Shown here one piece after another: positions 44,835 to 51,826 of a stretch of 55,865 nucleotides of DNA (position 1 is the stretch's first letter; every line of letters starts with the position of its first letter). Where the stretch lies: IMG/VR virus record IMGVR_UViG_3300045303_000324, positions 1-55,865 of that record; one strand, written 5' to 3'. Below the pieces are notes generated by a model that had not been told where the DNA came from, did not search any database, and saw nothing but the letters and a program-made list of their open reading frames with translations. The position numbers and the translations under genes were made by a program. The DNA is from a virus.

Positions 44835-45047
44835 TCACTTTTTCATGTCGCTGTCGGTTTTGCCCAACCCTATGCCCGGACCATTGGGCAGGGATGGACC
44901 CATAGGAATGGGAGAAGGACCCGGTGGCGCCTTTTCCTTGTCGGCTCCAGGCTGTTTCTTCAATCCCGGCCCCGGCGCGTTACCACGATAGGGGTTGTCG
45001 GTGACATCAGGCGGTCCAGGTAAGGCTGGCTCCAGTTGTCGGTTCAT
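44835..45047 (-). CDS. Pro/Gly-rich small protein
   Basis: ATG 45047 overlaps the HNH gene stop (ATGA). Low-complexity sequence. Confidence 0.35.
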   Translation of the reverse strand: MNRQLEPALPGPPDVTDNPYRGNAPGPGLKKQPGADKEKAPPGPSPIPMGPSLPNGPGIGLGKTDSDMKK

Positions 45048-45370
45048 GGCGTTGGATTCAGTTTGGCGAAGGTGCCGAAGCGTTGTTGTGCTGCCGAGTT
45101 GTACGCTTCGATGGCAAGTTCCTTTGTGGCGAAACGACCGAGATGAATTTTCTTCCGGTTGATTTTGATTGAAGCCGTCCAAACGCTATCAGCTTTGAAC
45201 CACGAAACGCCTTTCGCACCGGAAGTGCTTTTGCAGTTCAACTTCTGGTTCATCGCGTTCTGAGCATTCGTACACGTCCGAAGATTTCTTCGAGTGCAAT
45301 CGTGACGGCACCCGTTGATGTGATCCGTGTACATGCCCTTGGTCGTGTGACCTATTTGGACATCGTTCAT
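45044..45370 (-). CDS. HNH endonuclease with AP2 domain (short form)
   Basis: DHINGCRHDCTRRNLR is the HNH motif. GVSWFKADSVWTASIKINRKKIHLGRFATKELAIEAYNSAA is the AP2 domain. Confidence 0.7.
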   Translation of the reverse strand: MNDVQIGHTTKGMYTDHINGCRHDCTRRNLRTCTNAQNAMNQKLNCKSTSGAKGVSWFKADSVWTASIKINRKKIHLGRFATKELAIEAYNSAAQQRFGTFAKLNPTP

Positions 45371-45407
45371 ATCGTCAGTGTGTCGTCTTGGGACAACATG
45401 TCAATCG

Positions 45408-46718
45408 TTACGGAACGGTCGGACACAACGAGTTTCCGCTGTTGTACGACTGGATCACCGATGCTTGTTCCGCACTGCACAACGGGTCGTCTATCAGGCA
45501 TGGGGGCTCATGTAGGTGGAGAATCGCTCTCACCAATTCAGGGCGCTCGTAACGAATTGCGTTCACAAAGTCTGCCCAGAAAGCCCCCTGATTATGCCGT
45601 TTGTTGTCGACAGTGCAGGCTTGTCCTGTGGCGGGGTCGGTCCACATGATGACCTCGCTGTTGTTGCCGCCCTGGAAGTACCATTTGCCGGCGAGATTTC
45701 GGACGAGGAAGGGCATCTCGCTGTTGATGGATTCGAGCGCCAGAGTGAGGACACGAGCGGCTTCGGGGTGCCAGATGAAACTGATCTGGTAACGGGCGCG
45801 TTTGTAACCGGGAGCGAGCTCGGGTTTGATGCCAATGCTGGCGGGAATGTTGTCCCAGGGAAAGATTCGCTTCAGGAACCCGGCAGAGACGCGTTCGTAG
45901 CGAAGGGGGGTAGCGTCCCAGGCGAAACCCCAGTTGCCGACGCCACCGGACAGGCCGAACTTCCACATGTCCGAACCTTTCTCGATGTCGGAATAGCGGT
46001 AGTTATCGTTCAGATTGTCCTTGCGCAGCTTTTTGGTCGTGGTGGGGTCGGTGATGACCTTCATAATGCCGTTGGGCACATATTTGCTCTTGAAATAGCC
46101 CGTGAGCTGAAGGTCTTCCCAGAAGTTGTCCAGGTAAGGGATCGTGAGCTGCGACGTCGGAAGATTGGCCGCCGAAAGGTGCAATTCGGTGCAGTCCGGC
46201 CCGAGCAGATCCGTGGTGATCGGCACGCTCAAGTCAGGGTTGGAGGCGTTGGCGATGTAAAGGCGTTGCGCACCCTTGAAAGCCTGTAAGCGCAGGTAAT
46301 TGGACTGAATGATGCGCGTCGCGTCCTTGAGACCTCCGATGATGGTCGAGAACTGTTCCTTCGCCGCGGCCTTGCTGTTGATCTGGTCGAAGCAAATAAC
46401 GTTTGTTCGGAAGGATTCGCCTTCCAGGCTGTAATCGGTGCGCGTGCTGCCCCAGCCGATGAGTTTTTCGGGCAGGGAACACGTCTCGCAGGTATTGGCG
46501 TCCCTGGTAATCGGAGTTCGACAACCTGAGAGGTTGGGAAAGGCGACGTGCATCCGGTGGTAGGCGTGCGTGGCCCCGGTGAAGGCGCCCCAGGTTCCGG
46601 TCATAAAATGGCCGATCCAGGCGTCGTCGGTGGGGAACCAGTCCCTTAGAATGTCGAGGTCGAAGTGAGGGGCGCGATCAAAGAGGTAGTCTTTGTAGAG
46701 TGAACAGTCGTTTGGCAT
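45408..46718 (-). CDS. putative major capsid protein
   Basis: 436 aa. It is the first gene of a long leftward late operon and follows a ~370-nt leader. Helix-then-beta pattern. Assigned from context and size only. Confidence 0.5.
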   Translation of the reverse strand: MPNDCSLYKDYLFDRAPHFDLDILRDWFPTDDAWIGHFMTGTWGAFTGATHAYHRMHVAFPNLSGCRTPITRDANTCETCSLPEKLIGWGSTRTDYSLEGESFRTNVICFDQINSKAAAKEQFSTIIGGLKDATRIIQSNYLRLQAFKGAQRLYIANASNPDLSVPITTDLLGPDCTELHLSAANLPTSQLTIPYLDNFWEDLQLTGYFKSKYVPNGIMKVITDPTTTKKLRKDNLNDNYRYSDIEKGSDMWKFGLSGGVGNWGFAWDATPLRYERVSAGFLKRIFPWDNIPASIGIKPELAPGYKRARYQISFIWHPEAARVLTLALESINSEMPFLVRNLAGKWYFQGGNNSEVIMWTDPATGQACTVDNKRHNQGAFWADFVNAIRYERPELVRAILHLHEPPCLIDDPLCSAEQASVIQSYNSGNSLCPTVP

Positions 46719-47090
46719 AAGCCAGTAATGTTGAGCAACAGTTTAACCGTCATGGGATTGGTGGGTTCCCTTACACCGTTGCCTCACTGGCCAGGCTCAG
46801 AAGGACTGTCCGTATCGCTGGCGGCGTCTTGCTGAAGGACGAGTTGGTCTTGCGACCCGAGCTATCGTGGAAGGAATCACGGAAGCGGAGAAATGTCAAA
46901 CTTTTATTTTTGAGATTGACTGTGGTTTAGGTACGGTTTGCACCTTGGAAAAGGTAAACCGGGGATCAAGCGGTTTAGTTCTCATTACGCGTTCTGAGTA
47001 AAACACAATTACCCTTCGATTTTTTTTAATTTTCACTTATGACGCGCCATCACCCGCGCAAATAACCTGGAATGAAAAATAAATTTTGGT

Positions 47091-47167
47091 GCGCCCGTAG
47101 CTCAATTGAATAGAGCCGTCGGCTGCTAACTGACTGGATGTGGGTTTGAATCCCACCGGGCGCACCA
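47091..47167 (+). tRNA. tRNA with anticodon GCU (nominally Ser), class I architecture, CCA encoded
   Basis: Full cloverleaf. Acceptor stem GCGCCCG/CGGGCGC, D stem GCTC/GAGC, anticodon stem GTCGG/CTGAC, anticodon loop CTGCTAA, 5-nt variable loop, T stem GTGGG/CCCAC, then A73 and CCA. Confidence 0.85.
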
Positions 47168-47237
47168 AATCTATAACTCAACTTCTAGCACTCAAATTTT
47201 TCCTACTCAAGGATAAAGAAGTGTCAACAAAAAGATT

Positions 47238-47414
47238 TCAGGCGAGCGCGAGACCGGGAGTGACGTGAGTTCTTTTCTCGATGAGCTTCACGTATTCCGG
47301 ATTGAGTTCGATCAAGAGTGCTTTGCGTCCGAGTTCCAGAGCGACCATGCCTGAGGTTCCACTTCCACCAAATGGGTCCAGCACCACGTCACCGGGCTTT
47401 GCTCCGGCGATTCG
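47238..47414 (-). pseudogene. C-terminal fragment of a beta-class DNA methyltransferase
   Basis: The frame reads ..AGAKPGDVVLDPFGGSGTSGMVALELGRKALLIELNPEYVKLIEKR..* (SAM motif I). A TAA closes the frame immediately upstream. Confidence 0.7.
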
Positions 47415-47614
47415 TTAGCAACAACTTGCTTTATGAGGAATTCGGAGTTCCCCAACTTTGACACTCCTGCTTCATAAGCCGCCGAAATAGAATCGAAAGT
47501 TCCAAGGAAGTCGCTACCCTTGAAGACGGCGAACTTGCCCAAACAAATCTTGAGCAATTCGTCTTTTCTGGCTTCATAAGCCGCAAGTTCTTCTTTGAAT
47601 TTAAGGTCTGCCAT
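47312..47614 (-). CDS. small ORF that runs out of frame into the methylase fragment
   Basis: The first ~65 aa (MADLKFKEEL..GKFAVFKGSDFLGTFDS..EFLIKQV) look like a small antitoxin-like DUF. The last ~30 aa are an out-of-frame read of the methylase remnant. Confidence 0.4.
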   Translation of the reverse strand: MADLKFKEELAAYEARKDELLKICLGKFAVFKGSDFLGTFDSISAAYEAGVSKLGNSEFLIKQVVANESPEQSPVTWCWTHLVEVEPQAWSLWNSDAKHS

Positions 47615-47674
47615 ACCCGCATCAAGATGAACGTGGAATATAGCACAATCAAGTAAGATTGTAAGCCCATCTGA

Positions 47675-47818
47675 TTAGTTCGTTAACAGTTCTTCAATCG
47701 TCCAAGTGTGATCGGTAAGCCCGACTGCCATTGCTGGCGTCAATCCGTGCGCCGCGCTCTTGCGACAGAAATTTGTGTGCGCGACCAACAGGGCAACTGA
47801 ATGTTTGAGGTTTGCCAC
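47675..47818 (-). mobile_element. C-terminal remnant of a DDE transposase
   Basis: The frame reads ANLKHSVALLVAHTNFCRKSAAHGLTPAMAVGLTDHTWTIEELLTN*. This is a characteristic transposase tail with no upstream part. Confidence 0.45.
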
Positions 47819-47840
47819 TTGCGGGGCTTTTGTTTTACTG

Positions 47841-47891
47841 TTGACTTATGTTTAACAAAACTCTAGCTTTAGGTCAACACTTTTGTTAAAC
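47841..47891 (+). promoter_or_regulatory. Promoter with an 11-bp inverted-repeat operator
   Basis: TTGACT (47841-46), 17-nt spacer, TAGCTT (47864-69). GTTTAACAAAA (47850-60) and TTTTGTTAAAC (47881-91) are perfect reverse complements. Confidence 0.45.
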
Positions 47892-47897
47892 CAATGT

Positions 47898-48083
47898 ATG
47901 CAGTCCAAGAAACCTAAAATGGGGAGACCGAGGCTTTCCGAAAAATCACCCAAAGACGTTCTTATCGGTGCCAGATTTGGCAAAGAAGAAGCCGAATTGA
48001 TTGAGGGAGCGGTGAAACGAACCACCCGAAACAAATCAGCATGGGTCAGGAGTGCCCTGCTGTCCGCAGCCAAAAATTCTTAG
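47898..48083 (+). CDS. ribbon-helix-helix regulator
   Basis: ATG at 47898. KDVLIGARFGKEEAELIEGAVKRT..NKSAWVRSALLSAA is a typical RHH layout. Confidence 0.6.
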   Translation: MQSKKPKMGRPRLSEKSPKDVLIGARFGKEEAELIEGAVKRTTRNKSAWVRSALLSAAKNS

Positions 48084-48280
48084 TACGCCGGTTTCAAATG
48101 CTTTTTTGGGTGACGAATCGGGCGCTGCGGCTCAATACGAGCGGATTCGCAGGACGGATTATCGGCTTGTTTTCGTTCGGGAAAACGATCAATATAAAGT
48201 TCGTCGAATAGAGTCCTGAAAAGGCTCTTTTCCTTGGCATAACTGCGCCTGACGAGTTCATTTTTTGGAAACATTATCAT
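48080..48280 (-). CDS. hypothetical protein
   Basis: 66-aa ORF whose start overlaps the upstream stop (ATGA). AT-rich. Confidence 0.4.
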   Translation of the reverse strand: MIMFPKNELVRRSYAKEKSLFRTLFDELYIDRFPERKQADNPSCESARIEPQRPIRHPKKHLKPAY

Positions 48281-48570
48281 TTGCGTTTGCCTTTCTTCTT
48301 TTTCTTGAGTTTTGACAATTGCTGTTTTCTTGATTGCAGCTTTTCACAAGCTTTGGAAATAGCGTCCCTTCGAGTTCGATCCAAAAATTTGTCCACAAAC
48401 GCAGTCATGCCAGCACCCATGACGACAACGGGAAATTCCAATCCTTCGTGTTTAATCTCGTGAATCTTGGCGACTGATTTTGAAACCAGAACTCCACGTC
48501 CAAAGGTAGCCTTGCTATCGCTGGAAACAACAAGTCCGTCAGAACATTTGATTGCTATGCCAACAGTCAT
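48277..48570 (-). CDS. proteasome-beta/HslV-like Ntn-hydrolase, N-terminal half only, with a poly-Lys tail
   Basis: MTVGIAIKCSDGLVVSSDSKATFGRGVLVSKSVAKIHEI..VVVMGAGMTAFVDKF aligns by eye with the HslV/proteasome N-terminus (T1, D17, K33/34). The ORF ends at 97 aa in KKKKKGKRK. Confidence 0.45.
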   Translation of the reverse strand: MTVGIAIKCSDGLVVSSDSKATFGRGVLVSKSVAKIHEIKHEGLEFPVVVMGAGMTAFVDKFLDRTRRDAISKACEKLQSRKQQLSKLKKKKKGKRK

Positions 48571-48683
48571 TTAAGATTGATACCCGGTAACGCAATTTGT
48601 AGTGATCCTTGGGCGTTCGTGCAACAACAAGATTGTCGAGTTCAACCGAGTACTGTTTCTGGCATTTTATAGGTAAATCAACT

Positions 48684-48836
48684 TTAGAGTACGCCACGAC
48701 CGATTTGGTCGGCGTGCCCATAGTCGCGCAGTCCCCAGTACGGCGGCGATGTAACGCAGCATTGCACGCTTTCGTCAGGAAGTTTTTTCAATTCCTTCAA
48801 CGCATCGCCACAGATGATGGTGAGTCGGTCCTTCAC
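48684..48836 (-). pseudogene. N-terminal fragment of a beta-class DNA methyltransferase
   Basis: The GTG overlaps the rusA stop (GTGA). It reads MKDRLTIICGDALKELKKLPDESVQCCVTSPPYWGLRDYGHADQIG (motif IV SPPY), then RGVL*. Confidence 0.7.
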
Positions 48837-49273
48837 AACGTCTTGACGGTGACCCAAAGTCCAGGCACGCCGTACACCTTCCTCAAATTTTCGATTACGA
48901 TTTGAGCATCGTCACGGTACAGGACTGAGCTAAGCGCGTCCTCGGCCGCTCTGGCCAGTTTGAGAACATCAGGTTTTCGGTGAGGGTACGGAGGCGCCGA
49001 CTCCTTTTCGATGCCGGCATTTTTTCCGGTGCGAAAGTGACCATTCGGTCGCGTGAGTTGAAACACGAAGGTGACTTCCAGCGGACCTTCGAGGAGCGGT
49101 CCCTGATAATTCTCCGAGGCGAAACGTTTCACGTCACCGCGCCAGTCCTTGCCCGCCTTACCTGACGTGTCGGTGATGATCGCTCGTGTCCAGCCTTTTG
49201 GGATAAATGCCCTCTTCGAGCCAGCGGTCTTGGGCACACCGGGGACGAAGAATTTTATTTCGAGCGCGCTCAT
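48833..49273 (-). CDS. rusA: RusA-family Holliday junction resolvase
   Basis: FFVPGVPKTAGSKR and KPDVLKLARAAEDALSSVLYRDDAQIV. Confidence 0.8.
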   Translation of the reverse strand: MSALEIKFFVPGVPKTAGSKRAFIPKGWTRAIITDTSGKAGKDWRGDVKRFASENYQGPLLEGPLEVTFVFQLTRPNGHFRTGKNAGIEKESAPPYPHRKPDVLKLARAAEDALSSVLYRDDAQIVIENLRKVYGVPGLWVTVKTL

Positions 49274-49536
49274 TTTGATTGTTGTGGGAATCCACGAATC
49301 AGATCGTCCAGCAGTTTTCTTTGGCGTTCGGTCAAATTTGGAAGTCCTGGGATCGCGCGTTCTATGATCGGAATTGAACTCTTACCGCCTGTGGCCAGCA
49401 CTTCGATTGTGGTGAAATGTTTATCGCACACCCGGCATTTCCAAACGCGTCTCGTGCCGCCACTGGTCTTTCTTGAATCCATGCAGACGGTTCTCTTGCC
49501 GCAACACTCCCTGAATTCTGTTGAGCCGTTGTTCAT
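49270..49536 (-). CDS. zinc-ribbon protein
   Basis: ATG at 49536 (MNNGSTEF..). Contains CC..C and CRVC motifs. Confidence 0.5.
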   Translation of the reverse strand: MNNGSTEFRECCGKRTVCMDSRKTSGGTRRVWKCRVCDKHFTTIEVLATGGKSSIPIIERAIPGLPNLTERQRKLLDDLIRGFPQQSK

Positions 49537-49739
49537 TTTGATTTGAACCTCACCTTTTTCCCTCGCAGGAACCACGACAGTTTCCTTCCTTCGCGCAGGC
49601 TGGAGAAACCCGACTTCTCCCTGGACTTTCGGCGCGCGGTTTTTAGGATGGCCGACTCGCTGATGAGTTTGGGCATGACCTGTTCACCCATGAGGAAGCC
49701 GTGATCGTTGTACCACTTGAGCGTCACGAGTCCTTCCAT
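49533..49739 (-). CDS. hypothetical protein
   Basis: 68-aa ORF bridging its neighbours with overlaps at both ends. Confidence 0.35.
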   Translation of the reverse strand: MEGLVTLKWYNDHGFLMGEQVMPKLISESAILKTARRKSREKSGFSSLREGRKLSWFLRGKKVRFKSK

Positions 49740-50071
49740 TTGGAAATTGTCCTCAAGAAAGCCTCGGCGCGTTGTCGGGCGATAGAGTATAGGCAGTGCC
49801 AGCAGCCCTGAGTTTCACCTCGACCCGTCCCGCCCTTAAGAAGTAAGACGACGTAGAGATTTTGTTCCTCCAGAGTTAACATTTTCTCCGCCTCGTGCAT
49901 AGCGTTCAGGTCGGAGCAGTAGTTGGGAAGGCTTTCAGTCATAAGTGAAGCAAACTTCCCATCCTTTGCATACACATCCCAAGAAACATTACTCTTTGTA
50001 TCGGTTACACGTCTGTGGAACTTCCACCCACAAGCCTCGGCTATCAGGACGTTGATTTCGTTGTCGGTCAC
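49724..50071 (-). CDS. phage ABA-sandwich-domain-like protein
   Basis: The pattern NVLIAEACGW...PNYCSDLNAMHEAEK. Confidence 0.5.
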   Translation of the reverse strand: MTDNEINVLIAEACGWKFHRRVTDTKSNVSWDVYAKDGKFASLMTESLPNYCSDLNAMHEAEKMLTLEEQNLYVVLLLKGGTGRGETQGCWHCLYSIARQRAEAFLRTISKWKDS

Positions 50072-50229
50072 GCGACTAGGCTCCTTTCATTCTCGACCCA
50101 CCATTCTATCAAATCACCCGGTTCAAAACAAATCGTGAGCCCTGACCTTGCGAACAACTTTTCACGCTGGCGCACCCAGAACTCGAAGTCCTCGGCCGTG
50201 AAACTGGAGGGGAAAAAGATGGTCAGCAT
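50068..50229 (-). CDS. hypothetical 53-aa protein
   Basis: ATG 50229 overlaps the dcm stop. Its own stop overlaps the next ATG (ATGA). Confidence 0.35.
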   Translation of the reverse strand: MLTIFFPSSFTAEDFEFWVRQREKLFARSGLTICFEPGDLIEWWVENERSLVA

Positions 50230-50855
50230 AGGATCAATTTCAAAAGGTTTCTTCCTATAAATTCCGTGTACGCGGGGGGGATAGCCTGCGAGAGTTCTTC
50301 GCGGTTCATCCAGCCTATTCCCATCGCGGCGCGGTAGTGTTTGATTGTCGGATTGAAGCCGAGTTTTTCGCGTACCCATGTTGGCGTTCCGTGGCCGACG
50401 ACCGACACGACTGGATACGGATGGTGGCAGCTTGGCAGCAGCGCCATTCCGTTCCACGACGTTTCAAACCACCGCTCTCGCCGCAGGTCCATTCCGAACT
50501 GGCAGCCGCAGAGTTTGAAGTCGGCACGCATCGGCGCGCCCGGCACGTTTTCGATTACCCACGGCCTGCCGGTTTTTTGGAGCGCGCATCTAGTCGTGGC
50601 GAGCAAGTCGGGATACACCTTTCCGGCGTTGCGCTGAGTCTGCGCAGACATTGAGTAGGCTTGGCACGGAGGCGAGGCGTGGATTGCGTCGTATTCGTGT
50701 CCATGCGCGGCGCAGTATTCGAGCGCGTCAGCCTGGATGAACGTGTGCGGGTTGTTCTTTTGCGGCTTGATGTCCACGCCGGTCACGTCTAAGCCAGCGC
50801 GGCGGTATCCTTCACCGGCGCCACCTGCCCCGCAAAATAAATCGAGCAGCTTCAT
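50223..50855 (-). CDS. dcm: DNA (cytosine-5) methyltransferase, compact form
   Basis: DLFCGAGG (motif I), SPPCQ (IV), ENV (VI), RRERWF (VIII), AIPPAYTEFIG (X). Only 210 aa. Confidence 0.85.
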   Translation of the reverse strand: MKLLDLFCGAGGAGEGYRRAGLDVTGVDIKPQKNNPHTFIQADALEYCAAHGHEYDAIHASPPCQAYSMSAQTQRNAGKVYPDLLATTRCALQKTGRPWVIENVPGAPMRADFKLCGCQFGMDLRRERWFETSWNGMALLPSCHHPYPVVSVVGHGTPTWVREKLGFNPTIKHYRAAMGIGWMNREELSQAIPPAYTEFIGRNLLKLILC

Positions 50856-51508
50856 TGCTTTCTCACAAACACAGCCCAGCCATTACGGCAGTCCATGTCC
50901 ACGTAGTCGAGCTGGTATTCTCCGTTGATTCGGTTCAGGTCGGCAAAATTCTCGAAATTTTTAATGTCCAGAACATCATCGAGCACGATGATTTTGCTGC
51001 CCCACACCTCAGTCAGATCGCGCACTCCGCAGAAGGGGCAGCCATCGAGCAGCACGAGGTCAAACTCTTTGACGCCCCACTCAGATTTGATCGATTCGAT
51101 ACCGTGTTGAGGCAGGTCGCGCGCGTGGACAATTTCTCCTGCGAGCCACGCCAGCACTTCCTCGATCGTATAGCGGTTGAGCGCGGTGATATGAGACTCG
51201 TAGAAGTCACGAATCTGGGGCACGGTCAGCCAGGTCGAAACAGGGACCGAAGTCGAAAGTCTTGCGTCAAATGTCTTGGGTCGGGACTCAAGACTCAAGA
51301 CCTTCGACTTTAGACTCTCAAACCTTTCGTGTCGCGTTTCTAAACACGCCAGCCGGCAATCAACCTTCCCCTTGAGCCCGGAGAGTAACGCCTGCGTCGA
51401 ACCAGAGCCATCGCCACTGCCGACTTCGAGCACGGTCTTCACGTCGTCGCGCGCGGCCAGTGTCGTGAGCATGGCCGACAAACTGTCGTTGGTAATCTCA
51501 GGATTCAT
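50852..51508 (-). CDS. class I SAM methyltransferase-like protein
   Basis: ATG 51508 overlaps the upstream stop (ATGA). VLEVGSGDGSGST is SAM motif I. LVLLDGCPF is present. Confidence 0.65.
   Translation of the reverse strand: MNPEITNDSLSAMLTTLAARDDVKTVLEVGSGDGSGSTQALLSGLKGKVDCRLACLETRHERFESLKSKVLSLESRPKTFDARLSTSVPVSTWLTVPQIRDFYESHITALNRYTIEEVLAWLAGEIVHARDLPQHGIESIKSEWGVKEFDLVLLDGCPFCGVRDLTEVWGSKIIVLDDVLDIKNFENFADLNRINGEYQLDYVDMDCRNGWAVFVRKQ
51285..51319 (+). repeat. Tandem heptamer array B
   Basis: GACTCAA GACTCAA GACCTTC GACTTTA GACTCTC. It is preceded by five more 7-nt units starting GTC (51252-51284). It lies inside, and antisense to, a coding region. Confidence 0.6.
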
Positions 51509-51768
51509 GTCGAAGTGGGTTGAGGGGTGTCGTGCCGAATGTTGAATGAAGGCATGCATTCAAATTCGGATAGTCGCTGGCTTCGGTTGCCGAACTTCAA
51601 CTTGTCGAGGCCCAACGCCGACTCAACGTGCTCGCGGTGACACCGGCAAATTTCGTCCTGCGCAATGAATCCCTCGATCTTCAAATCGAACAGAAAGTCG
51701 GAGCTGATAATCTCCCCGCACTCACAGCGCCAGAGCCGGTGCTTGCGGTCATGGATCAGGACGTGCAT
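51505..51768 (-). CDS. Cys/His-rich small protein
   Basis: 87 aa with CEC and CRCH motifs. Confidence 0.5.
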   Translation of the reverse strand: MHVLIHDRKHRLWRCECGEIISSDFLFDLKIEGFIAQDEICRCHREHVESALGLDKLKFGNRSQRLSEFECMPSFNIRHDTPQPTST

Positions 51769-51826
51769 GGCCGAGAGTCTGAAGTGTTCAGTTGAAAAGT
51801 TTTCAGGAGCATGGCTTTATCTCTCC

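Noticed and set aside
48539-48721. 60-aa track ORF upstream of the proteasome-like ORF.
   Set aside because: Its ATG and first codons lie out of frame inside the N-terminal methylase remnant, and it overlaps the next ORF by 32 nt. It is most likely a chimeric by-product of the insertion rather than a gene.
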